Assembly (NCBI GenBank): GCA_963778655.1
Contig: CAVZVA010000010.1
Span: forward strand, 1,120,001-1,184,000
DNA from: an uncultured delta proteobacterium
GTDB lineage: Bacteria; Myxococcota_A; Polyangia; Polyangiales; JAFGIB01
DNA length: 64,000 bases
Reading direction: 5' to 3'
The notes under the pieces were generated by a model. It saw only the letters and a list, made by a program, of their open reading frames with translations. It was not told the DNA's origin and ran no database searches. The position numbers and the translations under genes were made by a program. Positions 42,786-55,222 of the stretch are shown here, piece after piece; position 1 is the first letter of the stretch; every line of letters starts with the position of its first letter.

Positions 42786-43391
42786 ATGCTCGCCCGCGTG
42801 CATTCGCTGCTCGGCGTCGTGCCTTTGGGCGCCTTCCTGGTGCTCCACCTCTACGACAACTGGCCGGCGCTCAGCGGTCGCGAGCCCTGGGTCGATCGCC
42901 GGCTGCACGTGATGGCGCGCTCCTGGGCGGTCGCGCTGGTGCTGGTCCCGCTGGGCCTGCACGCGCTGCTGGGGGCCGTGCGCTTCGCACGCGCGCGCCG
43001 TGACCCGCGGCCTGACCCGGGTGCCGGCCTGGGCAAGCTGCAGGCCGCGACCGGAGCGCTGGTTCTGGGCTTCGTGATCTACCACGTGGTGCAGGTGTGG
43101 TCGGTGGACGCCGGTCCCGAAAACGGCCCGCGCGCCGTCTACGCGCTGCTGTGGCAGGGGCTCGGCACCCCGCTGGGGCTCGGCATCTACCTCGGGGGCG
43201 TGACGCTGGTCTGTTTTCACCTCGGGCTCGGCCTGTCGCGCGCTCCGCGCCAGCTCGGGTGGCGGCCGGGCCCGCGCGGCGCGGGCTACACCCGTCTGGC
43301 TGCCGGCGCGCTCGGCTTCGTGCTGTGGGCGATGTGGCTACAGCTGCTCGCCCATTTTGCGCTCGGCCAACCCCTGCTCAGCGGCGGTTGA
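42786..43391 (+). CDS. Succinate dehydrogenase cytochrome b558 (SdhC)-like membrane protein, orphan
   Basis: RVHSLLGVVPLGAFLVLHL, LHALLG, LQAATG..FVIYH, FHL; about five TM helices. Confidence 0.7.
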   Translation: MLARVHSLLGVVPLGAFLVLHLYDNWPALSGREPWVDRRLHVMARSWAVALVLVPLGLHALLGAVRFARARRDPRPDPGAGLGKLQAATGALVLGFVIYHVVQVWSVDAGPENGPRAVYALLWQGLGTPLGLGIYLGGVTLVCFHLGLGLSRAPRQLGWRPGPRGAGYTRLAAGALGFVLWAMWLQLLAHFALGQPLLSGG

Positions 43392-43448
43392 TCGCCTTGA
43401 TGATCTGACCGAGCACTGGCGGCCGGCTCTTGGTGTACAATCGCGCGC

Positions 43449-44378
43449 ATGCGACCCATCGTCGCGGTGGCGATCAACACCTTCCGCGAAGCCGTGCGCG
43501 ACCGCGTGCTCTACGGGGTGCTCGGGATCGCCACCTTCGTGCTGGTCTTCACTCTGGTCCTGGCCGAGGTCTCGCTCGACCAACAGCGACGCATCGTGCT
43601 CGACGTCGGACTGGCGTCGATCTCGCTGTTCTCGGTGGTGGCGTCGGTGTTTCTCGGCTCCTCGCTGCTGTACAAGGAGATCGAGCGCAAGACGTTGTAC
43701 GTGATCTTGCCCAAGCCGATCCGCCGTCACGAGTTCCTGCTGGGCAAGTACTTCGGCATCGCGCTCACGGTCTTCGTGTTCGTTGCGATTCAGGGCGCGG
43801 TGCAGCTGTGCGTTTCCTCCGTGCAGGCCGAGGCCAGCCCGCTGCTGGTCTCGGCGGTCGCGCTCGGCATGCCGGCCATGCTCGGGCTGCTGGTGTGGAA
43901 GGCGCCCGGCAGCACCGCGGTGGTGGTGCCCTGGTCGTGTCTGCTGTTCGCGGCGGCGGCAGGCGTCGCGTCGACCACCGATCTCAAGCTCGCCCCGGTG
44001 CTCGCGGCGCTGGCGCTCACCCTGGGAGAGGTGCTCATGCTGACCGCGGTGGCGGTGTTCTTCTCCTCCTTCTCCACGCCCTTCCTGACCGCGCTGTTCA
44101 CCTTTGGCGTGTGGATGGTCGGACGCAGCGCGGACGCGATGGCGACGATGAAGTCGCAGGACATCCCGGCGGTGGTCCAGCAGAGCCTCAAGCAGCTGGT
44201 CAAGGTCTGGCCCAACTTCGATCTGTTCGTGCCCGGCCGCCACACCCTCGAGGTGCAGCTTTCTTCGAGCGCTGGCCCCCTCAGCTACGTCGTCAACAAC
44301 CTCATCTATGCCGTCGCCTACTCGTTCATCCTGCTCGTGCTGGCGGCGTTCGTCTTCCAGCGGCGAGACTTTCTGTGA
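43449..44378 (+). CDS. ABC-2 transporter permease (PilI-like)
   Basis: AINTFREAVRDRVLY, KEIERKTLYVILPKPIRRHEFLLGKY, FQRRDF. Confidence 0.85.
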   Translation: MRPIVAVAINTFREAVRDRVLYGVLGIATFVLVFTLVLAEVSLDQQRRIVLDVGLASISLFSVVASVFLGSSLLYKEIERKTLYVILPKPIRRHEFLLGKYFGIALTVFVFVAIQGAVQLCVSSVQAEASPLLVSAVALGMPAMLGLLVWKAPGSTAVVVPWSCLLFAAAAGVASTTDLKLAPVLAALALTLGEVLMLTAVAVFFSSFSTPFLTALFTFGVWMVGRSADAMATMKSQDIPAVVQQSLKQLVKVWPNFDLFVPGRHTLEVQLSSSAGPLSYVVNNLIYAVAYSFILLVLAAFVFQRRDFL

Positions 44379-45037
44379 GCGGCCCGAGGCCTGCAGCCGT
44401 CCGCAGCCTGCTGCGCGGCGCGCTGGTCGCGGCGGTGCTGCTGGCCGCCTTCGCGCTGCGCGTCGTGACCTCGGCTGCCAGCGAGCTGCACGCCGGCGAC
44501 CGCTATCGCGCCCAGGGCGAAGTCGAGGCGGCCATCGTGCACTACAGGCGCGCCGCGCGCTGGTACGCGCCCGGCAGCCCCTATCATGTCGATGCCCTGC
44601 GCAAGCTGGGCGTGATTGCGGCCGACGCCGAGCAGCGCGGCGATGCCGAGCTCGCACTGTCGGCCTATCGCGCGATCCGCGCCGCAATCATGTCGACGCG
44701 CTCGTTCTACATTCCGGAGAAGGCGCGGCTGACGGCGGCCGACGAACGCATCGCGAGCCTGATGGCGGCCATGCCGCCGCCACCGATGGACGCCGGCAAA
44801 TCGCGCGAGCAGCTGCGGCGGGAGCACCTCGCGCTGCTTCAAGCGGACCCGGACCCGAGCTTGCTGTGGACCCTGGTACTGCTGTTCGGCTTCGGGCTAT
44901 GGGTGGCGTCGGCGTTCGCGTTCACGCTGCGCGCGATCGACGCCGAGGATCACTTCGTGCCGCGTGAGGCCTGGCGCTGGGGCGCGCTGATCGTGGTCGG
45001 CTTCGGCCTGTTCGTGCTCGGCATGTCGCTGGCGTAG
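44375..45037 (+). CDS. Membrane protein with TPR-like periplasmic region
   Basis: GTG overlaps the upstream TGA; N-terminal TM, AIVHYRRAARWYAPG, two C-terminal TMs. Confidence 0.75.
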   Translation: MSGPRPAAVRSLLRGALVAAVLLAAFALRVVTSAASELHAGDRYRAQGEVEAAIVHYRRAARWYAPGSPYHVDALRKLGVIAADAEQRGDAELALSAYRAIRAAIMSTRSFYIPEKARLTAADERIASLMAAMPPPPMDAGKSREQLRREHLALLQADPDPSLLWTLVLLFGFGLWVASAFAFTLRAIDAEDHFVPREAWRWGALIVVGFGLFVLGMSLA

Positions 45038-45064
45038 CTCTCGTTTAGAAAAGGCTCTTCCGAG

Positions 45065-45134
45065 GATTCAACAGGAAGACGGGAAGGCGAGAAGAACAAA
45101 CACTCGGGGCTTCCCGTCTTCCCGTCTTCCTGTG
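45065..45134. repeat. REP-like inverted repeat, GGAAGRCG family, copy 3
   Basis: GATTCAACAGGAAGACGGGAAGGCGAGAAG ... CTTCCCGTCTTCCCGTCTTCCTGT. Confidence 0.85.
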
Positions 45135-45217
45135 GCTCTCTTGGTCCCAGGGCGGCTGGATTTCTGGACGGGAAGTATCCTCTTGCCGCTCCGGCAGCGC
45201 TGGGCTACCACGCGCAC

Positions 45218-46475
<1,258 letters not shown>

Positions 46476-46483
<8 letters not shown>

Positions 46484-47156
46484 CGGGCGCGCTGCCGGCA
46501 AGGGCCGCGCCGCCGCGCGCCGCCGCGCGGCGGGCGAGGGCGCCACGCCTCCCCCGCTCGTGATCGCGGTGCCCAAGGGCCGCGTGCTCTCGGCGATCGC
46601 CACGCGCCTGGCACGCGCCGGCGTCGACGGCCGCGTGTTGCTGAGCGACGACCGCACGCTGGTGCGCGACGACCCGGGCGGCGGCGTGCGCTTCTTGCTG
46701 CTCAAGCCCGACGACGTGCCGACCTACGTCGAATTCGGCGCGGCCGACCTGGGCATCGTGGGACGCGACATCCTGCTCGAGCGTGAGTATGACTTGTACG
46801 CGCCGCTCGACCTGGGCATCGGACGCTGCCGCATGGTGGTCGCGGGCAAGCCCGGACACACCCCGATCGGCACCCCACGCGTGGCCACCAAGTTCGCCAA
46901 CGTCGCCCGCCGTCACTTCCTGTCCAAGGGGCAGCAGGTGGACGTCGTGTACGTGCAGGGCTCGGTCGAGCTGGCGCCGCTGACGGGCCTGGCCGATTTC
47001 ATCGTCGACCTGGTCGAGAGCGGCCGCACGCTGGCCGAGAATGGCCTGGTGGAGCTCGAGCTGGTCAGCGAGATCTCCTCGGTCGTGATCGCCAACCGCG
47101 TGGCGCTCAAGCTGCGGCGCGAGCCGATCAGACGCCTGTTGGCCGCGCTGCAGTGA
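46476..47156 (+). CDS. hisG: ATP phosphoribosyltransferase, short form
   Basis: [30 protein letters not shown]; no C-terminal regulatory domain. Confidence 0.93.
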
Positions 47157-47190
47157 GCCGGCGACGCGGGGCCATCGCGCCCTGCAATTT

Positions 47191-47284
47191 GTGGTCGTGG
47201 TCGTGATCGAATCCGGCGGCCGTACGGCCAGGGTCATGGCCCCGGCTGCAGCGATGGCGCGTACGACCACGACCACGACCACGA
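47191..47284. repeat. Hexamer-based inverted repeat (GTCGTG)n...(CACGAC)n
   Basis: GTGGTCGTGGTCGTG at 47191 and ACGACCACGACCACGACCACGA at about 47263, between convergent hisG and comEA. Confidence 0.7.
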
Positions 47285-47315
47285 GCGAATCGGGGTCGCG
47301 CTGACCACGCCGGGG

Positions 47316-47708
47316 CTAGGAATGGGCGCGGGCTGTGCGGGCCGGCGCGGCGCCCAGGCGTAGCATCGGCTCCAGCTTGCGGAAGGTTTTGCGACCGATT
47401 CCCTTGACCCGCATGATGTCCTCGAGCCGCTTGAAGCCGCCCATGCGGGCGCGCAGATCGAGGATCGCCTGCGCGCGCGCCGGGCCGATGCCCGGGAGCT
47501 TGGTGAGCTCCAACAAGCTGGCGGTGTTCAGCTCCACGGGAGCCCTTGCAGCGGAGCTCGCCGGCGCCGCGGCCTGGGCGTGGCTCTTCGGCTTGGCCTG
47601 GGGCTGGGCAGCAGCCTGCGCGCGCGCGCCGAGCGCGGGAGCGAGCAACAACGATGCGAGCAGCGCCAGCATGACGGGTTTGCGCTTCGGGTGTGTGTGT
47701 GTGTTCAT
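47316..47708 (-). CDS. comEA: ComEA-family helix-hairpin-helix DNA-binding protein
   Basis: Signal peptide; VELNTAS..L..LPGIGP.RA..I, VKGIG. Confidence 0.88.
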   Translation of the reverse strand: MNTHTHPKRKPVMLALLASLLLAPALGARAQAAAQPQAKPKSHAQAAAPASSAARAPVELNTASLLELTKLPGIGPARAQAILDLRARMGGFKRLEDIMRVKGIGRKTFRKLEPMLRLGAAPARTARAHS

Positions 47709-47754
47709 GAGCGGTTCTCCTTCGAGGGCTGCGGTGTGCAGCGCTGGCCAAGGC

Positions 47755-47770
47755 TGCATCCACCGTGCCG
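47755..47770 (-). promoter_or_regulatory. Sigma-54 -24/-12 promoter upstream of comEA
   Basis: CGGCACGGTGGATGCA, GG-N10-GC. Confidence 0.55.
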
Positions 47771-48019
47771 GTCCACCGAACGGGCGCGGGCGCGTGTTTG
47801 TGTCAGCTCCGCCGGCGGAAACCGCCGCCGCCGCCGGCGGGCCGCCGCCATCACGCGCTTGAGACCGCGCGCCGCACGTGGCAGCCTTGCTGCCCCAACG
47901 CTACCGTTCGTGGAGTCGGAAGGCACCTGACGCAAAGGAGCAGCGCGGCTCCCGGACAGCCGCAGGTCCGCTCCCGGCGAACGGGTGCTCGTCGCTCGCA
48001 GTCGCGCTCGAGGAACACG

Positions 48020-49498
<1,479 letters not shown>

Positions 49499-49749
49499 GT
49501 CTGCGCTGGCTTGGAGGGTGCCGACCGCGACGGGAGAGCCCGCTTCGTGCTCGTGCCCGCAGTCGTCCTCGTGGTCGTGCGCGATCACCGGCCACTCAGT
49601 TGGGGCTCGTGGGCGGGCGCGTTCGCGGCCTTCGTCCTCGAAAGACTCCTCGAAATACATCGAGGATTCCCGTGGTTTTTCTGCGGGCGCGCTCGCGATC
49701 GCACTCCGCCGACAAGCCGGCCGTGATCAGGTCATTTGTGCTCGAGTCC

Positions 49750-51417
49750 TTACAGCTTGTACGGGAATGCGATCTTGAACACCCGCGACGAGAACTTCGG
49801 GAACCGCGCCTTGCGCACGGCCTTGGCGATGCAGGAGCCGGCCGGTCCGGTCACGCCACTGACCTCGGCGTTGGTCACCCGTCCGGTGGCGCCCGCCACG
49901 TTGACCGTCACGATCGCGACTCCGCCCGAGCCGCTGCTGCAGGCCTGGACCGCAGACTGGACGCTGCTCATCGCGGAGCGCACCTGATCGCGGCTCGGCG
50001 TCTCGGGCAGGTCCGGCTTGGCCGCGGCGCTCTCGCTCTTGGCGGCGGTCTTGGACGAGGAGCCATTGAGCGCACCCTCGAGCAGGTCGTCGATGGTGCG
50101 CGGCCCGGTCGGCTTGGGCGGGGCCTTCTTCTCCGGCGCCGCAGGCGCGGGCGCTTCGCTGTGGCTTGCCTTCGCGCTGCTGCTCTCGCTGCTGTGCCGG
50201 TGGTGGTGCTCACTGCTGCTGCCGTGCGAGTCGTTCTTCTCCTCGGCGCTCGCCTCCTCGGCGGCGGCCTTCTTGGCCGCGAGCTCTCCTTCCGAAGGTG
50301 CGGGTGCTGGCGCTGCGGGCGCGGCCGCTGCCGTTTGGACCGGCGCGGCCGCCGGCGCCACCGGCTGCGGCACCACGCCGACCGCGGGCGGCACCGCCGC
50401 GCTCGCCGGGCCTCGCAGAATGTACGCGGCCAAGACGCCCGCCGTGCAGACCAGGCCCACGCCGGCGACGACCGCCCAGATGATCGTCTTCTTGTGCCCG
50501 TCGCTGTCGTCCGCCGCCGTCGTCAGCATGGGCGAGCCCAGCGTGCCGAACGCACCGCCGTGCGATCCCATCGAGAGCAGCTCGTCCTTGTGTGCGGAGG
50601 GCTCGCCACCCTCGCTGATGCCGGTGGTCGTGGCGAGCGCGCGAATATCGATCAAGCCCGAGCCCTCGCCGCTGGCGAAGCCCGCGCGCTCGCCGCCGGT
50701 CGCAGCAGCTGCTGGAGGGGGCGCGCCGGAGCTGCCCGAGCCGGTGGCCAGCGCTTGCAGGTTCTTGAGCGAGAACAGCACCGAGTTCTCGTTGCGTGCG
50801 CCGGTCATCGCGTGCTCCGTCGCCACACGCGGGCTGGGTGACGAAGCGACCACGCCGCGATCCTCGTAGCCGCCGAGCGCGGGTTGCGCCGCGCCGCGCG
50901 CGAACAGATCGGGCCCAGCAGCGGCCGCCGCGCCGCCGAACAACCCGGCGTCGCTCGGCGCCGCGTCGTCGGCAAACGGATCGGCACCCATCGAGGGCTG
51001 TCCGGTCAGTGTCTGGGTGGGGGGACGATAGGCGGGCGCGGCCTGTGCCGCGGCCTGGGCTTGGGGCTGGCCGGTGATCTGCGCGACGAGATCGGCCACG
51101 TCGCGCATAGGCGCCCAGTTGTCGAAACCTTCGGTCCAGACGTACGCGTCCCAGTCCACCGCGCCGCTGGTCAACATCTCGCCGAGTTGTCCCGGCGAGT
51201 ACGGTCCCGCCTGCTCGCCATCCACCACGACATGCCAGATCACGTCCTGCGCGGGCGTTGCAAAGGCGGCGGGCGCTTCGGCGACGGGTGCAGGTTGATC
51301 GCCGCGGACCACGATCACTTCGCTGCAACGCTTGCAGCGAATCTTGAACACTTTGCCGCTCACTCGCTCATCGGCGATCGAGTATTTGGCTCCGCAGCTC
51401 TCGCAAACGATCTTCAT
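49750..51417 (-). CDS. Zinc-ribbon + GYF_2 membrane protein, AgmX/GltJ-like
   Basis: CESC..CKRC, W.V.VDGEQAGP..VW.EG.DNW, TGARNENSVLFSL, TM, TonB-C-like C-terminus (ARFPKF..FPY). Confidence 0.82.
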   Translation of the reverse strand: MKIVCESCGAKYSIADERVSGKVFKIRCKRCSEVIVVRGDQPAPVAEAPAAFATPAQDVIWHVVVDGEQAGPYSPGQLGEMLTSGAVDWDAYVWTEGFDNWAPMRDVADLVAQITGQPQAQAAAQAAPAYRPPTQTLTGQPSMGADPFADDAAPSDAGLFGGAAAAAGPDLFARGAAQPALGGYEDRGVVASSPSPRVATEHAMTGARNENSVLFSLKNLQALATGSGSSGAPPPAAAATGGERAGFASGEGSGLIDIRALATTTGISEGGEPSAHKDELLSMGSHGGAFGTLGSPMLTTAADDSDGHKKTIIWAVVAGVGLVCTAGVLAAYILRGPASAAVPPAVGVVPQPVAPAAAPVQTAAAAPAAPAPAPSEGELAAKKAAAEEASAEEKNDSHGSSSEHHHRHSSESSSAKASHSEAPAPAAPEKKAPPKPTGPRTIDDLLEGALNGSSSKTAAKSESAAAKPDLPETPSRDQVRSAMSSVQSAVQACSSGSGGVAIVTVNVAGATGRVTNAEVSGVTGPAGSCIAKAVRKARFPKFSSRVFKIAFPYKL

Positions 51418-51699
51418 CGGCTTGGTCCTCTGGTGCTGTCAGAGCCGCGCTCCGCGGGGCCCGGCCAAGGAACCCTGAAACTGCCCTGCAAGTAAGCGAA
51501 ATTGCTCGCTCGGCGCGTTTGCGTCAAGCCTTTCGCTCGATCTGAGGCCCCCAAAGTCATGGAGCTGGAAGGAAAGCGAGCAGGCCCTGCCGCATGTCAG
51601 GCCCGAGCCTACACGCGATTCGCGCGTCACGCGTAGGGATCGTACGCATGATGCGCAGGCGCAGGTGTATGGGCTCTGGTTCGCGGGTGCGTCGATCAT

Positions 51700-52953
51700 T
51701 CATTGAGGCGGCGAAAGCGCGCTGCCATCCACGCCGCAGAAGGCGTGGCTTTCAGGATACGTTGCGCCGCAGCTTGGACAACGCCGCACGCGCGCGCGCG
51801 CTTTCTTGTTAGACGCACGTGCCCGCGGGTTCGATCTACGGATCAAGAACAACCCAGCGGACGCCGCCGCCAGCAAGGCTGCGAGCGCGACCAACCAGCG
51901 CCGCGCGCTGCGCGGGTCTTCCGTGCTCACTGCGCGCGCGACCACGCGCGTGCTGGGCGTCGACGCGGGCGGCGGCGCGGCTGCCGGTTCCGGCGCGGCC
52001 TCCTCGCCGGTCAACGCTTCGGTCTGCATGCGGCTCGCGAGCAGGGCGGTCAAGCTCTCGGCGGAGACCACCACCGGCGCCTCGGCGCGCAAGCCGCCGT
52101 AGCTCGCGACAATCTTGAACGCGCCCTCCGATTCGGCCGAGCTGTCGCCGGCATGAAAGCAACCGCCTTGCAGCGAGGCCTTGATCCCCGGCCCATGCTC
52201 GAGCGACCAGACGATCGCCGCGTTCTCGAGCGTGCAACCGGCTGCATCGGCCACCCGCGGGTGGAAGCACACGTGCTGGCCGAGCTCGATCTGGGCGCGC
52301 CGCGGCCGCAGGCTCAGGTGCGCGGCCGCGCCCGGCTTGCATGCGGCTTGCTTCGCCGCCGGCGCTGACGCCGGTTTGGTGGCGGCGGCGGTGGGCTTGG
52401 CGGCGGCCGCGGTTGGCGCGGGAGCCGGTGCGGCGGCGGCGACGCGCTGCAGGGTCTGGGTGGTGGTGATGGTGGCGACGCAGGTCGACGCGTTGAGCTT
52501 CCAGTTGAAGTGGCTGACGTCCTGGTAGAGCAGTCGATCGGACGAGAGCGCCTTGAGCGTATAGGTGCCGGCTTCCTCACGCGGATCCTGGTCCGCCGTC
52601 TTGCAGCGCGTGACCCACTGCCCGTCGGTGTGGCTGCTCGAGACACGCCGCAGCATCGGGTTCGGGCTCCAGCACTGGTCGCTGTGCACGTCGCGTCCGC
52701 CCCCGTGAATGATCAACGCCTGCTGCTGTTGCTCGATGCGCACGGTGCCCCCGCCGCCCGAGTGGGTGGACTGGGGCTGCGGCCCGCAGTCCTTGCCCCA
52801 GCTCTCGACCGCGACCTCCATCGAGGTCGCTCCGGCCTGCCAGCTGCCGGCGAACGAGGCCGTGGCCGGCGCCTGGGCCGCGGCCGCCGCCGCCGAGAGC
52901 AGCGCGCCCACCATTACTGCGCGGCAGATCGGCTCACGCACGCGGGCTTTCAT
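51700..52953 (-). CDS. Secreted/membrane hypothetical protein with C-terminal zinc ribbon
   Basis: Signal peptide, Ig-like middle, TM, CPSCGATYPESHAFCGVDG. Confidence 0.75.
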   Translation of the reverse strand: MKARVREPICRAVMVGALLSAAAAAAQAPATASFAGSWQAGATSMEVAVESWGKDCGPQPQSTHSGGGGTVRIEQQQQALIIHGGGRDVHSDQCWSPNPMLRRVSSSHTDGQWVTRCKTADQDPREEAGTYTLKALSSDRLLYQDVSHFNWKLNASTCVATITTTQTLQRVAAAAPAPAPTAAAAKPTAAATKPASAPAAKQAACKPGAAAHLSLRPRRAQIELGQHVCFHPRVADAAGCTLENAAIVWSLEHGPGIKASLQGGCFHAGDSSAESEGAFKIVASYGGLRAEAPVVVSAESLTALLASRMQTEALTGEEAAPEPAAAPPPASTPSTRVVARAVSTEDPRSARRWLVALAALLAAASAGLFLIRRSNPRARASNKKARARVRRCPSCGATYPESHAFCGVDGSALSPPQ

Positions 52954-53070
52954 CGAGTGCGAGATCGTGACTCAGGAAGCGGCCGCTGTCATCCTGCAAA
53001 TGGGGCCGAGCCGCCGCCGAGCGGGGGCTCGGGCTCGGCTCCGATCCGCAGAGCTCGGGGCGCGGCGGCG

Positions 53071-54051
53071 TCAGCCCGCGGCCTTGAGCGCCTTGACCTT
53101 CTGTGCCATCTCGGGGACGGCTTGAAACAGGTCGGCCACCAGGAAGTAGTCGGCGACCTGCGCGATCGGCGCCTCCTTGTCCTTGTTGATGGCCACGATC
53201 GTTTTGCTGCCCTTCATTCCGGCCAGGTGCTGGATCGCGCCGCTGATGCCGATTGCGACGTAAAGGCTGGGCGCGACCACCTTACCGGTCTGCCCGACCT
53301 GCAGATCACCTGGCACGTAGCCGGCGTCGACCGCGGCGCGCGAGGCGCCCATCGCCGCGCCCATGGCGTCGACCAGCGGCTCGAGCACGGTCTTGAAGTT
53401 CTCGCCGCTCTTGAGCGCGCGTCCCCCCGAGACCACGATCGCCGCCTCGGTCAGCTCCGGCCGGGCGCTCTTCTGGCTCTGCAGCGAGACGAACTCGACC
53501 TGCTGCGCCACCGCATCGCTCTGCGCCGCGACTTCCTCGATCGGGCTCGCGGCCGCAACCTCCGCGGCCGCCTCGAACTCGGACTGGCGCGCGGTCACCA
53601 CCTGCACGGGTGTATTGACCTGAACCGTCCCGAAGACGTTGCCCGCATACATCGGTCGCACGTAGCGGACCGCGCTGCCCTCGACTGCCGCGCGGCGGAT
53701 GTCGCTGACGTATCCGGCCCCTAGACGGGCGGCGACGCGCGGCATCAGATCCTTGCCGTAGGTGCTCGCGGTGGCCGTGAGCACGCCGTAGCCGCCCTTC
53801 TTGGCCACCTCGGCCACGGTCGGCGCGTACTTCTCCGCGAAGTAGCCGCCCGCGACCTCGGCCACCAGCACCTTGCGCGCGCCGTGCTTGGCGGCCTGCG
53901 CGGCCGCCTGCTTGGCGCCTTCGCCGATCGCGAGGATGTCGAACGCGCCGGAGGTGCCCTGCGCGATCTGCTTGGCCAGCGTGACCGCCGCCAGGGTGTT
54001 GCGCCGGAGCCCCTTGTCCATCAGCTCAGCAACCACCAACACATCCGTCAT
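53071..54051 (-). CDS. etfA: Electron transfer flavoprotein alpha subunit
   Basis: [37 protein letters not shown]. Confidence 0.96.
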   Translation of the reverse strand: MTDVLVVAELMDKGLRRNTLAAVTLAKQIAQGTSGAFDILAIGEGAKQAAAQAAKHGARKVLVAEVAGGYFAEKYAPTVAEVAKKGGYGVLTATASTYGKDLMPRVAARLGAGYVSDIRRAAVEGSAVRYVRPMYAGNVFGTVQVNTPVQVVTARQSEFEAAAEVAAASPIEEVAAQSDAVAQQVEFVSLQSQKSARPELTEAAIVVSGGRALKSGENFKTVLEPLVDAMGAAMGASRAAVDAGYVPGDLQVGQTGKVVAPSLYVAIGISGAIQHLAGMKGSKTIVAINKDKEAPIAQVADYFLVADLFQAVPEMAQKVKALKAAG

Positions 54052-54109
54052 CGTCCGCTCTCCTCTACCTGGGTTCTGTACTGAAATGTGCGCGCCATCC
54101 GAACGAGAA

Positions 54110-54186
54110 GATTCACAGGAAGACGGGAAGACGAGAAGAAGCCAACTCTCTCAGTGCTTCCCGCCTTCCCGTCTTCCTGTTGCATC
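54110..54186. repeat. REP-like inverted repeat, GGAAGRCG family, copy 4
   Basis: GATTCACAGGAAGACGGGAAGACGAGAAG ... CTTCCCGCCTTCCCGTCTTCCTGT between etfB and etfA. Confidence 0.85.
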
Positions 54187-54210
54187 TCTGTCTCTGCCCG
54201 CTGCGATCGA

Positions 54211-55044
54211 CTAAATCAGCTTGGCTTCGTTGTGGAGCTTGTTGATCAGCTCGTCGACGCTTTCGACGAACACCACGCTGCCGCTGCGCGCGGGCGGCAG
54301 CTCGAACTTGGAATAGGTCGTGCTCAGCGCCGCGTCCACGCCCAGGCTCTCCAGCGTGATCTGCTCGATCGGCTTCTTCTTGGCCTGCATGATGCCCTTG
54401 AGCGAGGCGTAGCGCGCGCCGTCGTTGTACTTGTGGCTCTCGGGCGTGGCGCCGTTCTTGATCGCCTCGGGCGCGACGATGCGCAGGTCGACGGTGACCA
54501 CGGCGGGGGTCTTGAGCTTGAGCGTGAGCACGCCGGTGTCGACCTCGCGACCCACCGTCAAGCTCTTGCCTCCGTCGCCCACGCTGATGCTCATCGCGGA
54601 GGTTGCCATCGGCCAGCCCAGCAGCTCGGCCAGCATCTGCCCAGCGGCGTTGCTATCCCCGTCCACCACCTGCTTGCCCATCAGCACCAGGTCGGGGCTC
54701 TCCTTGGCCACGACCGCCTTGAGCGCGCGTGCCACCACCAGCGAGTCCAGCGCGTTATCCTCGGCGGCCACCAGGATGCCGCGGTCGGCGCCCATCGCGA
54801 GCGTCTGGCGCAGGGTCTGCGCCACGTCCGCGGGCCCGAACGACACCACCACGGTCTCGCCGAGCTTTTCGCTCTTGGCGGCGTTCTCGTTGAGCCGCAA
54901 CGCGGCCTCGACCGCGTACTCGTCGAAGGGGTTGGGCTTCCATTCGAGCCCCTCGGAGGTGACGGCCTTGCCGTCGGCGGACACCTTCACCTTGTTGGCG
55001 TTGTCCGGGTCACACACGCGCTTGACGGGAACCAGGATTTTCAC
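54211..55044 (-). CDS. etfB: Electron transfer flavoprotein beta subunit
   Basis: KILVPVKRV.D, NPFDEYAVE, LAMGAD, GKQ.VD.D, RYASLKGIMQAKKK. Confidence 0.96.
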   Translation of the reverse strand: MKILVPVKRVCDPDNANKVKVSADGKAVTSEGLEWKPNPFDEYAVEAALRLNENAAKSEKLGETVVVSFGPADVAQTLRQTLAMGADRGILVAAEDNALDSLVVARALKAVVAKESPDLVLMGKQVVDGDSNAAGQMLAELLGWPMATSAMSISVGDGGKSLTVGREVDTGVLTLKLKTPAVVTVDLRIVAPEAIKNGATPESHKYNDGARYASLKGIMQAKKKPIEQITLESLGVDAALSTTYSKFELPPARSGSVVFVESVDELINKLHNEAKLI

Positions 55045-55088
55045 GGTACCTCCATCCTCCGCTGGACGAGATCAGCAAGCGGTGTCGC

Positions 55089-55117
55089 GGTGTAGGGGCA
55101 TGTCGCGCGCCTGTCAA
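55089..55117 (-). promoter_or_regulatory. Sigma-70-type promoter of etfBA
   Basis: TTGACA-17 nt-TACACC on the minus strand. Confidence 0.6.
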
Positions 55118-55222
55118 GCGCCCGCGATCGGACGCGCCGCGCTCTCTTCGCGCCCGCCCGCCGCCCTGCCCGTGCCCGCCCGCCGCGTTGCGCGGTCGTG
55201 GCGTGCACGCGGGCGCGCGTCC

